Shown here: one piece after another, positions 50,825 through 61,200 of the stretch
How the letters are laid out: every line of letters starts with the position of its first letter
How positions within the stretch are numbered: position 1 is the first letter of the stretch
Notes under the pieces: model-generated
Seen by the model: only the letters and a program-made list of their open reading frames with translations
Databases searched by the model: none
What the model was told of the DNA's origin: nothing
Program-made: the position numbers and the translations under genes
DNA from: an uncultured Candidatus Binatia bacterium
GTDB lineage: Bacteria > Desulfobacterota > Binatia > UBA9968 > JAJDTQ01
Direction: 5' to 3'
Assembly (NCBI GenBank): GCA_964291295.2
Contig: OZ219754.1
Span: forward strand, 128,001-192,000
DNA: 64,000 nt

Positions 50825-51988
50825 TCAGTACGACCGCGGCATCCCCAGGACGTGCTGGCCCAGGTAGGCCAGCACCAGGTTGTTGCTGACCGGTGCGATG
50901 GTCAGAAGCCGGGTCTCGCGAAACTTGCGCTCGACGTCGTAGTCCACCGACAGTCCGTAGCCGCCGTGGGTGGTCATGCAGGCGTTGGCCGCCTCCCACG
51001 AGGCTTCCGACGCCAGCAGCTTGGCCATGTTGGCCTCGGCGCCGCAGCGCTCGCCCCGGTCGAACTTCGCGGCGGCGTGATAGCGCACCAAGTCTGCCGC
51101 CTCGATGTGGGCGTAGGCTTGGGCGATGGGGAACTGGATCCCCTGGTTGACGCCGATGGGCCGGCCGAACACCACCCGTCCGGCGGCATGGCGGGAAGCC
51201 CGGTCCACGAACCAGCGACCGTCTCCCACCGCCTCGGCCGCGATCAGGATGCGCTCCGCGTTCCAGCCGTCGATGATGTAGCGAAAACCCATACCCTCCT
51301 CGCCGATGAGATTTTCCGCGGGCACCTCCAGATCGGTGAAGAAGAGTGCGTTGGTATGATGATTGATCATCATGTCCAGGGGCTTCACCTCCAGGGCATC
51401 CCCGGCGTCCCTCAAGTCCACCAGAAACGCCGACAGCCCCCGCGTCTTGTCCGAAAGCTCTTCGTAGGGCGTGGTCCGGGCCAGCAACAGCATCACGTCC
51501 GACTGCAACACCCGCGAGATGAAGACCTTCTGCCCGTTGATCACGTAGCGGTCGCCCTTGCGCACGGCGGTGGTGCGGAGGCGCGTGGTCTCCGAGCCGG
51601 AGTCGGGCTCGGTGACGCCGAAGGCCTGGAGCCTGACCTCGCCGCGGGCCACGCCGGGAAGATAGCGCCGCTTCTGCTGTTCGCTGCCGTGCCGCAGCAC
51701 CGTTCCCATGGTGTACATCTGCGCGTGGCACGCGGTGGCGTTGCCGCCCCAGCGGTTGATCTCTTCCAGGATGATACTCGCTTCGGTGATGCCGAGGCCG
51801 ATGCCGCCGTACGCCTCGGGGATCAGCGCCGCCAGCCAGCCCAGTTCCGTGAGCTTGCGCACGAACGCCTCGGGGTAGGCGCCGCTGGCGTCCACCTCCC
51901 GCCAGTAGGCATCCGAATAGTCCTGGCAGACCTTGCGGATCTCGTCCCTGATCTGCGCCTGGTCGTCGGTGAGAGTGAAATCCATCAC
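50825..51988 (-). CDS. Acyl-CoA dehydrogenase
   Basis: HAQMYTMG, FGVTEPDSG, NGQKVFISR, NAER and HGGYG..VERKFRETRL. Confidence 0.93.
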   Translation of the reverse strand: MMDFTLTDDQAQIRDEIRKVCQDYSDAYWREVDASGAYPEAFVRKLTELGWLAALIPEAYGGIGLGITEASIILEEINRWGGNATACHAQMYTMGTVLRHGSEQQKRRYLPGVARGEVRLQAFGVTEPDSGSETTRLRTTAVRKGDRYVINGQKVFISRVLQSDVMLLLARTTPYEELSDKTRGLSAFLVDLRDAGDALEVKPLDMMINHHTNALFFTDLEVPAENLIGEEGMGFRYIIDGWNAERILIAAEAVGDGRWFVDRASRHAAGRVVFGRPIGVNQGIQFPIAQAYAHIEAADLVRYHAAAKFDRGERCGAEANMAKLLASEASWEAANACMTTHGGYGLSVDYDVERKFRETRLLTIAPVSNNLVLAYLGQHVLGMPRSY

Positions 51989-52037
51989 GAGTGTGCGCTA
52001 CACTGAGTGTGCGGTACTATACCGACTGGAGGACCGA

Positions 52038-52799
52038 ATGCCAATTTCGTCAATCTCGTCAATCTCGCCGATTTCGCTGTTCACGACGGCATTCCTGCTG
52101 GTCACGACCCTGGCGGGCCCGGGCGCAACGTCGCCGGCCTCCCTCGACGTGGGTAATTTCTCGACCGCGAAGGCCGGCGGCCCGTTCCCCGATTCCTGGG
52201 AGCCGCTCACCTTCGACAAGATCGAGAAGCACACGGCGTACTCGCTGGTGGAGGACAACGGCACCGTGGTCGTGAAGGCCGCAAGCCGGGGTTCGGCCTC
52301 GGCGCTCGCGCGCACGGTGGACATCGACCCGAAACAACATCCCGTGGTGCGATGGCGCTGGAAGGTCGCGAACATCCTGAAAAAGGGAGACGTCACCCGC
52401 AAGGAGGGCGACGACTACCCCGCCCGCCTCTACATCACGTTCCGGTACGACAGCCGCAAGGCAGGTTTCTTCGAACGGGCCAAGTACGAAGCCATCCGGC
52501 TCGCCCGGGGGGAATACCCGCCCATGGGCGCCATCAACTACATCTGGGGAAGCAAGAGCCCCGTGGGGACCGTCGTCCCCAACCCCTACACCGACCGTGT
52601 CAAGATGATGGTCCTGGAAAGCGGCGGGGAGAAGGTCGGCCGCTGGGTGACGGAATCGCGCAATCTGGTCGAGGACTATCGGGCGGCCTTCGGCGGCGAC
52701 CCGCCGCGGATCTCCGGCGTGGCGCTCATGACCGACACCGACAACACCGGCGAGGCGGCGGTCGCCTACTTCGGCGACATCGTATTCGAGGCACGGTAA
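52038..52799 (+). CDS. DUF3047 family exported protein
   Basis: Signal peptide; WRWKV..GDDYPAR..YIW..MTDTDNTG..YFGDI. Confidence 0.85.
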   Translation: MPISSISSISPISLFTTAFLLVTTLAGPGATSPASLDVGNFSTAKAGGPFPDSWEPLTFDKIEKHTAYSLVEDNGTVVVKAASRGSASALARTVDIDPKQHPVVRWRWKVANILKKGDVTRKEGDDYPARLYITFRYDSRKAGFFERAKYEAIRLARGEYPPMGAINYIWGSKSPVGTVVPNPYTDRVKMMVLESGGEKVGRWVTESRNLVEDYRAAFGGDPPRISGVALMTDTDNTGEAAVAYFGDIVFEAR

Positions 52800-52869
52800 G
52801 CGACGCGCGCCGCCCCGGTCGCCCCGCGACGCCGCCGGGCCGAGGCGCGTGCCCGGAAGGAGATTGTCC

Positions 52870-53376
52870 ATGGCAGTGGTAAAGGGCTGGGAAGGCCGCT
52901 ATTTCCAGGACTTCAACGTCGGCGACGTGTACCGGTGCCGGGTCGGGCGCACGGTGACGGAGAACGACAACATCTGGTTCACGCTGCTCACCAACAACAG
53001 CAACCAGATCCACTTCAACAACGAGTACGGCAGGCGCACGGAATTCGGGAAGTGCCTGATCAACAGTGCCCTGACCTTGGCCATCGTGGCCGGCATGGGG
53101 GTGGCGGATGTGAGCGAGAACGGCTTCGCTCTGGGTTGGGACCGGATCCGGCTGCCCAATCCGCTGTTCGCCGGCGACACCCTCTACTCCGAGTCCGAGG
53201 TGTTGGAGAAGCGCGACTCCAGATCGAAGCCGCAGTGGGGCATCGTCAAGGTCCGCACCCGCGGCGTCCAGCAGGAGGGCAAGGTGGTCATCGACTACAA
53301 TCGCAGTGTCATGGTGTGGCGGCGGGAGTTTGCCCCCCGGCGGGACATCTTCCCGGAGATCGTCGATGGCAAGTAG
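52870..53376 (+). CDS. MaoC-family (R)-specific enoyl-CoA hydratase/dehydratase
   Basis: GRYFQDF..GRTVTENDNIWFTLLTNN..IHF, PLFAGDTLYSESEV. Confidence 0.9.
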   Translation: MAVVKGWEGRYFQDFNVGDVYRCRVGRTVTENDNIWFTLLTNNSNQIHFNNEYGRRTEFGKCLINSALTLAIVAGMGVADVSENGFALGWDRIRLPNPLFAGDTLYSESEVLEKRDSRSKPQWGIVKVRTRGVQQEGKVVIDYNRSVMVWRREFAPRRDIFPEIVDGK

Positions 53377-54556
53377 CGGGCTGGCGCTGAGCGGCGTGCG
53401 GGTCATGGCCTTCGAGCAGGTGCTCGCGGGCCCTTTCGGCACGGGTCTGCTGGCGGAGATGGGGGCCGAGGTCCTCAAGATCGAACGGCCCGGCGTGGGC
53501 GACCTGATCCGTCACTGGGACACGGCCGTGAAGGGGCTGTCCTCGGGCTATGTGTGGCTCAACCGCAACAAGAGAAGCCTCACGGTGGACGTCAAGAAGC
53601 GCGAAGGGCTGGAGATCCTCCACAAGCTGGCGGAGACCACCGACGTGTTCTTCGAGAACTACGCCCCGGGGGTGGCCGAGCGCGTCGGGCTGGGTTGGGA
53701 CACCCTTCGCGAGCTGAACCCCCGGCTTGTCTACTGCTCACTCTCGGGCTACGGGCAGGACGGTCCCTACCGGGACATCAAGGCCTACGACCTGCTCATC
53801 CAGGGGGAAGCCGGCATCATCGCCACCACCGGCTATCCCGACAAGCCGGCCCGCGCCGGGGTGGCCGTTTCCGACATCGCCTCCGGCATGTACGCGGCCC
53901 TGGGCATCGTCCTGGCGCTGTTCCAGCGGGAGAAGACCGGAGCCGGCCAGATCATCGACATTTCGATGTTCGAGAGCATCCTCTCCTGGCTCGGGTACTT
54001 CCCGCACCACTACTGGCACCGGGGCGAGGAGCCCGACCGGGTGGGCATGCGGCACCACTACGTCACCCCCTACGGACCCTATATGGCGGGAGACGGCGAG
54101 TACGTGAATCTCGCGGTGGCAACCCCCAAGGACTGGGAGGTCTTCTGTCTCAAGGTGATGGAACGGCCCTCGCTGATGGAGGATCCCCGCTTCGCCACGG
54201 TGGAGGCACGCAAGCAGAACCGCGGCGTGCTGGAAGAGACTCTCGAGCAACTCTTCCTGGAACACGGCCACGAAACCTGGCTCAAGCGCCTTCAGGACGC
54301 GCAACTGCCCAACGGAAAAGTCCGGGGCATCGCCCAAGTGCTGGCCCACCCCCAGGCTGCCGCCCGGCGGATGGTCCGGGAGGTGGAGTCCCCCGTAGGC
54401 AAGGTGCCGGTCATCGGCAGTCCGCTCCATCTGTCGGACAGCCCGGCGCGCTACGACCCCATCCCCGAACTCGGCAACGCCACCGACTCGATCCTGCAAG
54501 AGTTGGGTTACGACGCCGATGCCATCGCGCGGCTGCATCGGGACAGCGCGGTCTGA
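53366..54556 (+). CDS. Family III CoA-transferase (CaiB/BaiF)
   Basis: AGPFG, GAEVLKIERPG.GD, NRNKRS, SGYGQDGPY and D..SGMY. Confidence 0.93.
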   Translation: MASSGLALSGVRVMAFEQVLAGPFGTGLLAEMGAEVLKIERPGVGDLIRHWDTAVKGLSSGYVWLNRNKRSLTVDVKKREGLEILHKLAETTDVFFENYAPGVAERVGLGWDTLRELNPRLVYCSLSGYGQDGPYRDIKAYDLLIQGEAGIIATTGYPDKPARAGVAVSDIASGMYAALGIVLALFQREKTGAGQIIDISMFESILSWLGYFPHHYWHRGEEPDRVGMRHHYVTPYGPYMAGDGEYVNLAVATPKDWEVFCLKVMERPSLMEDPRFATVEARKQNRGVLEETLEQLFLEHGHETWLKRLQDAQLPNGKVRGIAQVLAHPQAAARRMVREVESPVGKVPVIGSPLHLSDSPARYDPIPELGNATDSILQELGYDADAIARLHRDSAV

Positions 54557-54842
54557 CAGTCGTGCGTCGAAGGTGCCCGGGAGCCTGCGCCGCGGAAGAT
54601 TCTCGCGGGACAGAGATTCACCAGAGTCCCGGAGATCCATCAGAGTCCCACTTGGTGCCCAATTCGTGTCCAGTAGTGGGACAAAGCTACACGTTTCCGG
54701 CATTCTGGACGAAAATCCGGACATGCGTTCCCACCAGTCACCTGCCGGAGCGTCCTGCGGCCCAGACTCCTGGAGCGAGACCCGACCGGTTTTTCCGGCG
54801 ATTTTCGCAAGGGACTTGAGTAGCAAAATCCGCAGAAAGTGC

Positions 54843-54871
54843 TTGACGCCTGTCCCGGAAGCGCATATATA
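54843..54871 (+). promoter_or_regulatory. Sigma70-type promoter of the transposase
   Basis: TTGACG - 17 nt - TATATA, just upstream of the ATG at 54895. Confidence 0.6.
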
Positions 54872-54894
54872 AATCCGCATAGAGTGGAAAGACC

Positions 54895-55805
54895 ATGCCG
54901 ACAGCCAAGAGAACAGCCGAAACGATCAGCATTCCGGAGCTTCTGAGAATGTTCTCCGATCAGGAAACCTGCATTGCGTGGCTTGAGCGGGTGCGCTGGA
55001 AAGGCGAGCCGGTTTGCGCCCATTGCGGAGCCTGCGACAATGTCAGGGAAGCGGGCGCGAGCAAGCCGCATACCTATTGGTGCGGACATTGCCGCAAGTA
55101 TTTCCGGGTCACGACCGGGACCATTATGCATGCGACCAAGACGCCGTTGCAGAACTGGATTATCGCCATTTACAGCGTCATGACGGCCCGCAAGGGCGTC
55201 TCCGCCATGCAGATATCGAAAGAACTTGGCGTCCAGTATCGCACCGCGTGGTATATGCTGCACCGCATCCGGGAGGCTTGCGCCTCTGACGAATTCAAGC
55301 AGATGGACGACGTTGTCGAAATGGACGAGGTCTATATCGGCGACAAGCGCGCCAATATATCGAACGCGAAGCGCAAGGCATTGGCCGACACCGGGCGCGG
55401 CGCGGCGCGGTCGGAAAGCAGCCGTCATGAGTGCACGAGAGCGAGGCGCCAAGACTGTAGCCAAGCCGGTAAAGAACGCGGACGGGAAGACGGCGAGCGA
55501 GTTTGCGACCGAGACAGTGCGGCCGGGCGCGGCGGTCTATACGGACGAGTCCAGCATCTACAACCGGCTGACCTTCAAGCATGAAGCGGTCAATCACAGC
55601 AGCAAAGAAATGGGTTCGCGGCACGGTCCATAACAACGAGATTGAGAGCATGTGGGCGTTGCTGAAGCGGTCGATTACCGGCACTTGGCATCATGTCTCG
55701 TTCAAGCACCTTCACCGCTATGTCAGCGAGGCTTCCGTGCGCCTCGACGACGAGGGGAACTGCGGAGTGGACGCTAATGGACAACCGAGCAGATCACCCA
55801 AATAG
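54895..55805 (+). pseudogene. IS1595-family transposase with two frameshifts
   Basis: Zn ribbon (CAHC..CGHC), HTH, VEMDEVYIG, YTDE and VHNNEIESMW motifs lie in three successive frames (shifts near 55420 and 55610). Confidence 0.85.
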
Positions 55806-56107
55806 CGGTTGATCCGCTGTTCTTCCGGGGATGAGCGGCCATGACGGGGAAGAAATCAAAGCGGAGGTCGGAAAGGCTGCGATTGAGCGCAAGGAGTGTC
55901 TCGACCAGGTTGCCTGCTACAAGAAACGGTGACTGACGCCAATTACGCTCTCCGGGAACTGTTGAACGGCCGCCTGAATCCGATCAAGGAAGAAAATCAG
56001 CGCTCTCTTCACCTTGGGACAGACCCGCACCGTGACGCGCAAGCCTATGTTGAAGCCTTGGCGCGCGCTGAAGAACTGGCGAGCTTCCTCAAGCAACACA
56101 ACGCCCT

Positions 56108-57004
56108 ATGATGATTCCGCATGCCATTCCCTATCAGGGAAGCAAGCGAAAGCTGGCTCCCGCCATAGCGCACTATTTGCCGGACGAGATTGAAACCTTC
56201 TACGAGCCGTTTGCCGGTTCGGCTGCAATGAGCATTTACGCCGCGCATCGTCGCCTTGCGGAGTATTTCGTCATTGCAGACAGCCTTGCGCCGATGATTG
56301 AGCTTCTTCGTGCCATAGTGGAAACATCTCAGGAAACGGCGCGGCAATACCGGGATTTGTGGCATGGGCAGGCGGCCGGAGACGATTGCTATTTCAACCG
56401 CATCCGGAACCGCTACAACGAGACCGGCGATCATGTCGATTTGCTCTATCTGATATGCCGTTGCGTCAAGAACTCAATCCGCTTCAATCGCGCTGGACGC
56501 TTTACGCAAGCCGTCGATAAGCGCCGTCTTGGAATGCGGCCGGACAAGATGCAAGCGGCGGTGCTTGGCGTTTCTTCAATCCTGCGGGGAAGGGTTGAAT
56601 TCCGCATCGGGGATTGGCTTGAAACAACGGTGGACGCGCGACCGGCGGACTTCCTCTACATGGACCCGCCATATCTCGGAACTTCGATTGGCCGCGACCG
56701 GCGGTACCATCAGCAGATGATGCAGGATGAATTGGTCTGCGGCCTTGAAGGGTTGCGAAGGCGCGGAATACCGTTCGCCTTATCCTATGACGGCGCGACC
56801 GGCGGCCGGGAGTATGGGCCGCCTTTGCCGGAGGCGCTTGGCCTTACCCGCCTATGGCTTGATGCTGGCCTATCGTCTCAAGCGACCCTGAACGGGCGCC
56901 GGGAGCAAACGGTCGAAAGTCTATATCTGATGCCCGGACTGGCCGCCGCTCGCCCCGTTGGGCGCGAGCAAGTCAGCCTAGATCTCGCGCCAGCAGCTTC
57001 TTGA
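56108..57004 (+). CDS. DNA N6-adenine methyltransferase (D12/Dam-like class)
   Basis: IPYQGSKRKLA, EPFAGSAA, RFN, YMDPPY and LSYDG. Confidence 0.92.
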   Translation: MMIPHAIPYQGSKRKLAPAIAHYLPDEIETFYEPFAGSAAMSIYAAHRRLAEYFVIADSLAPMIELLRAIVETSQETARQYRDLWHGQAAGDDCYFNRIRNRYNETGDHVDLLYLICRCVKNSIRFNRAGRFTQAVDKRRLGMRPDKMQAAVLGVSSILRGRVEFRIGDWLETTVDARPADFLYMDPPYLGTSIGRDRRYHQQMMQDELVCGLEGLRRRGIPFALSYDGATGGREYGPPLPEALGLTRLWLDAGLSSQATLNGRREQTVESLYLMPGLAAARPVGREQVSLDLAPAAS

Positions 57005-57709
57005 TGAAGGCGGCAACGGTCGTGTCCTCCCTCTCTGCTCGGTCGCGGATTCGCTCAAAGGCTTCCACTTCCGGGCCGCGCCACTCAATATCAACTCGGC
57101 GGACATGCTCCCCCGCGATATGTGTATAGTGTATAGTCCTCTGGGGAAGCCCAGAAGCAGGAGCGGCAGACTGTTTCGTCTCGCCCTTCCTGCCAATTCA
57201 GACATTGCTCGCACGACCATGACTTCGCCCGTTGGCTCGACGCGTCCAGGACGCATATAGGCGTCGGTGTCGTTTTCGTCATGGACCAACTCACCCGCAA
57301 CCTCATACGGGATGCGGTGATCCATCTGGAGGTAGCGCGGCGCACATTGCTCGCCAGTGATTGCGTCACGCGCGCCATAGCGTTCAATCAGCGCGTCCTT
57401 GAATCGCTTCGAGAATGCCTTGCGACCGCCTATGCGACCCCGAACGATCTTGTCCGGGCTGTCGAAGCGGTATGCGGCGATCATGCGCCCCGTCTTGTCA
57501 CTCCGCACCCTGAAGGTCTGGATAGGAATTCCACTCTCGCGCACATCCCGAACCGCACGGGGCGGATGATCGTAGCCGTAGAGCACTTGCAGTTCTTCTG
57601 TCGTGACCGCGCCATGCTCGATGATATGGTCTATGACCGTTCGGGGCCGCTTGGCCGTCACCTTGTCACAAAGCGCAAGGATGCGCAGGTCAATATCTCG
57701 TTTCGGCAT
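56978..57709 (-). pseudogene. SphI-like HNH restriction endonuclease, frameshifted
   Basis: GYDHPPRAVRD and LQMDHRIPY, then in a shifted frame RAKSWSCEQCLNW..CRSCFWASPEDY, as recalled for R.SphI; shifts near 57255 and 57125; convergent with the methyltransferase. Confidence 0.75.
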
Positions 57710-57783
57710 GACGCACGGCAAGGAACGACGATGCGTCGGACTCTACTCTAAACCCGTTCCCGATGACAAGCGGAGATAGCGAC

Positions 57784-57984
57784 ATGGCAGGCAAGCGAGA
57801 GGTAAAGGGCGGTTTCAACCCTGCCGCCTTCGACGAGACTGAGCGCGATCCGGTTACGCGGGCGGATGTTGAAGCCGCTGTGCGGCAAGTCATAGGGCAT
57901 CCCGCCAAGCCGCAGGACGGGAGCGAAAACCGGGAGCCAACGCGGGAGGAACTCAGTCACCGCTGGCGGATGCAGCACCGGTAA
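57784..57984 (+). CDS. Small hypothetical protein at the right end of the IS1595 element
   Basis: 66-aa ORF with a GGAG upstream, ending 9 bp before the right inverted repeat. Confidence 0.45.
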   Translation: MAGKREVKGGFNPAAFDETERDPVTRADVEAAVRQVIGHPAKPQDGSENREPTREELSHRWRMQHR

Positions 57985-58272
57985 TCGGAGGCGCTGCGGA
58001 TTTTGCTATCCAAGTCCCATCGGGTGGCCGCAACGGTGACCGCCGCTCAATGGCCTCGCCACACGCGACCGGCGCCATCGCGCCACTTGTTGAACGAACA
58101 CGGCACCCTGGACAATTCCCGCCTGGATTTGAGGCGTCGTACCTGCCCGCGCTTCTCTCTGACCGAGGGGCTCAGAAACGACGCGCACTTGGCGCGGTCC
58201 CCCGGAGGAGCCGTATCCTGTCGAACCGTCCTCCGGAGGAACCGTCCCCGAAGCCCTTCCCTGGTGCGGGCG

Positions 58273-61200
58273 TCACCAGCGCAGCGAGACCCGCACCTCC
58301 AGGCTGTGATCGGCGGAGTCGCGGTCCTGGCTGCGCTCGCCCTCAAACGAAAGCTCGAATGCCGGAGCGATGGTGTAACGCGTGCCCACGCGCACGCTCC
58401 CTTCACCCCGCTCCGCCAGCGTGAACCCGACATACGGGCTCAGCAACGCCATCGGCCCCGACCCCAACACCCCGAAGCCGTAACCCACCTCCGCATCCAG
58501 CTGACTCTCCGCCTCTGCTCCGCTCCCCGTCAGGAACGACGTGCCCGGCGTGCGGTCGAACAGCCCATCCAGATCCGTCGCGGTGACCCCGTATGCCGGC
58601 GTCAATGTCAGGAACAGCCCGCTCCCGTCCGCTCCCGGATCCAGTTGCACCATGCCGCCCACTCCCCATTCCTCCCGGTCCCGCTCGTGCGCCACCAGCG
58701 CCCGCGTGCGCAACTCCACCGTCAGCCCCATCCCCGGCTCGCGCCAACTCACGCTCGCCCCCACTTCCGCTCCCACCCCTTTTTCCACATCCCCGCTGTC
58801 GTGCCGCATCCCCACCTCCAGCGCCGGCGTCACCGTCCCGCCCCCCTCCAGCGCACGCTCATACGATCCCTCCAGCGCCAGGCGCAGCCGGCGCGCATCC
58901 ACCGAAAGCGCCTCCAGACCCGATCCCGCTTCCGTCTTCACCCGCACCATCGACCCCTCCCCACGTACCGCCACCCGCGTCACCCCGCCCGCAATCCACT
59001 CCCCATCCTCGCTCAGCACGCCGCGCCCGCCCGCCGCCGCACTCGTCAGCTTCATCTCCACTTCACGGTCCGCCCGCTCCGCCTCCTCCACGCCCACCTC
59101 GCCCTCGCCGTACCCCGCGCTCGCCCACAGGTTCGATCCGTCTCCGCTCAGCCACGCCGCATAGGGATGCACCGCCGTCAACTCCGTCTTGTACACTCCC
59201 TTCACACGGTTGCCCCCCGCGTCGTCCACCTCCGTGTCCAACTCCCCGCGGGAATGCGACAACGCCACCCCCGCCAGCACGTCCGCCCGCAGCCGCACAT
59301 CCGTTCCCAGATGCGCCGACCACACCTCCCCGTCCCAGGAAACGTCCTCCTCCGAACCCGACAGCGAGTCCAGGTCACCCCGACCCCACACCGCCACCCT
59401 CGGAACGCTCCCCCCGCTCATCCCGGATGCGCCCATCGGCAGCGCGAACGCCGCCCCGTCCAGCATGTCCCGCAGGTCCGGATTCTCCGCTTCCTTCTCC
59501 AACATCCCGCGCAGGCCCGAACCCCGGCCCGAACCCCACTCATCCTCCAGCATCCCGCGCGGCCACGCTCTCCGCTGCTCCTCCAGCCACACGCCGTCCG
59601 CCCCCTCCCTCGCACCGGGCGCCGCCTGGGCCACGCCGAAATGCAGCGACCGGCCCGCCTTCCCCGACGCCACCGCCTGGATGCGACCCGCCACCGCATC
59701 CAGCGACTGCGACGCCATTGCCGCCGCCACCTGCGGCAGCACCGCTCGGTGGACCTTGTTGGCGTGCGCCGCCATCGTGTCCTCCACCGTCACCGTCACG
59801 CTCCCGCCCGTCACTGCCACCTCCATGTTGCCCATCATGGCCGTGTGCCTCAGCGTCACCGTGTCGTCGTCCGTGTCGTCGTCCGGCACACCCGTCACCG
59901 TCACCGGCTGCGGGGTGTTCCAATTGGCGGTGGTGAAGGTCAGCGGTCCCGAAACCGTCGCAATCGCCGTGTTGTCGCTCGCCGGCGTCACCATGACCGT
60001 ATCCGCCGGCGCCTCGTCCAGAACCACCGTGTAGGTACCGCTCCCCCCCTCGGATATCGTCAGCGCGGTCGGCGTCACCGTCAGACCGACCGTCGTACCG
60101 GTGTCGCCGGTGAAGCCTTGGTAGCCCGTGCCCGGAGGACCATCCAGCAACTTGCCCTGGACCGTCACCTCCTCGCCGATGGCATAGCCGGTGGCATCGT
60201 TCAGCGTGACCGTGTACTTCTCGACGCCTTCCGATGCGTCGGCGTCCACGCTGGTGCGAATCGCAATGGTGCCGGTCCTGCGGCCGCCGAAATTCACGTT
60301 GAATGTCCGCGTCAGCGCCCCCTGAATATCATCCGCCGTGAAGCCGCTCGAATCCCGATCGGACAGCGTCAGGCTCACCGAAAGAACGCCCGGTACCGGC
60401 TTGTCCGAACGGACGGCCAAGGTGATCGGTGTCCCCTCGCTCACCCGGGCGGGATTCGCTCCGAGCGTCAGGGTAGGCGTCGTGTCCCGGACCCAGAGGC
60501 TTCTCGTAAACATGCCGTCTTTCGGGTAGCAATGGCCGCCGCCCTTTGCACGGACCAGAACGGTTATCCCGTGGTCGCTGGTATCCTCATCCGCGTTCAA
60601 CTTCACCCAGATAACCTGCGGCTTGTTCCAATTTGATGGGGTGAACGTGAGATAATTCGGACCTCCCGAATAGATGGTCGCCTTGTCGGTGTATGTCCAC
60701 TCGCCGTTCTTTACAACGAACGGCATGGGAACCAATTCCAACGGCGCCGTGGGCGCTTTCCTGGGGTGGATCCAGTACTCGACCGCATCTCCCTCGGCGG
60801 GGGGAGTGGGGCTCGGGAAGCCCTTGCTCTTTCTGGACGGCCATTCCACCGTCCAGCCCATGTATGACCAATATACGCCCCAGGTGGTCGTATCCCATTT
60901 ACTGGGCACATGGGCTTTCGCTGCCCGTGTGGCCCAGGTCGCCGTCGTCGCTCTGAGTTCGACCTCCTGCGATGGCAGACACTCGTCGGAGGTCAGGACG
61001 TAGCTGGTGGCGGATGCGTCCGGGATGGTGACCCAGTCGTGCCACCTCTCGTACCGGGCCATCGAACCGTTGAAGGTCCGGTACCGGGCCTGCCAGCCGG
61101 TACGGCCCGGATGATCCGGTGCGGTCCAGCTCAGATGCAGCTTGTCGCCCCGTCGATTCACCGTCAGGTCGATGGGAACCCCCGTGTCATCAAGCGGACT

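Larger units (their letters stand above)
54811..58018. mobile_element. IS1595-family element with passenger genes (3208 bp)
   Basis: 25-bp terminal inverted repeats: GGGACTTGAGTAGCAAAATCCGCAG (54811-54835) and its reverse complement with 2 mismatches (57994-58018). Lower GC inside; no target duplication seen. Confidence 0.85.

Noticed and set aside
54557-54810. Short inverted repeats (GTCCCACT...AGTGGGAC) left of the IS as a second element or ncRNA
   Set aside because: Too short, with no partner end or ORF to support a call.
54803-58026. Target-site duplication of the IS1595 element
   Set aside because: The flanks TTTCGCAA and ATCGGGTG do not match.
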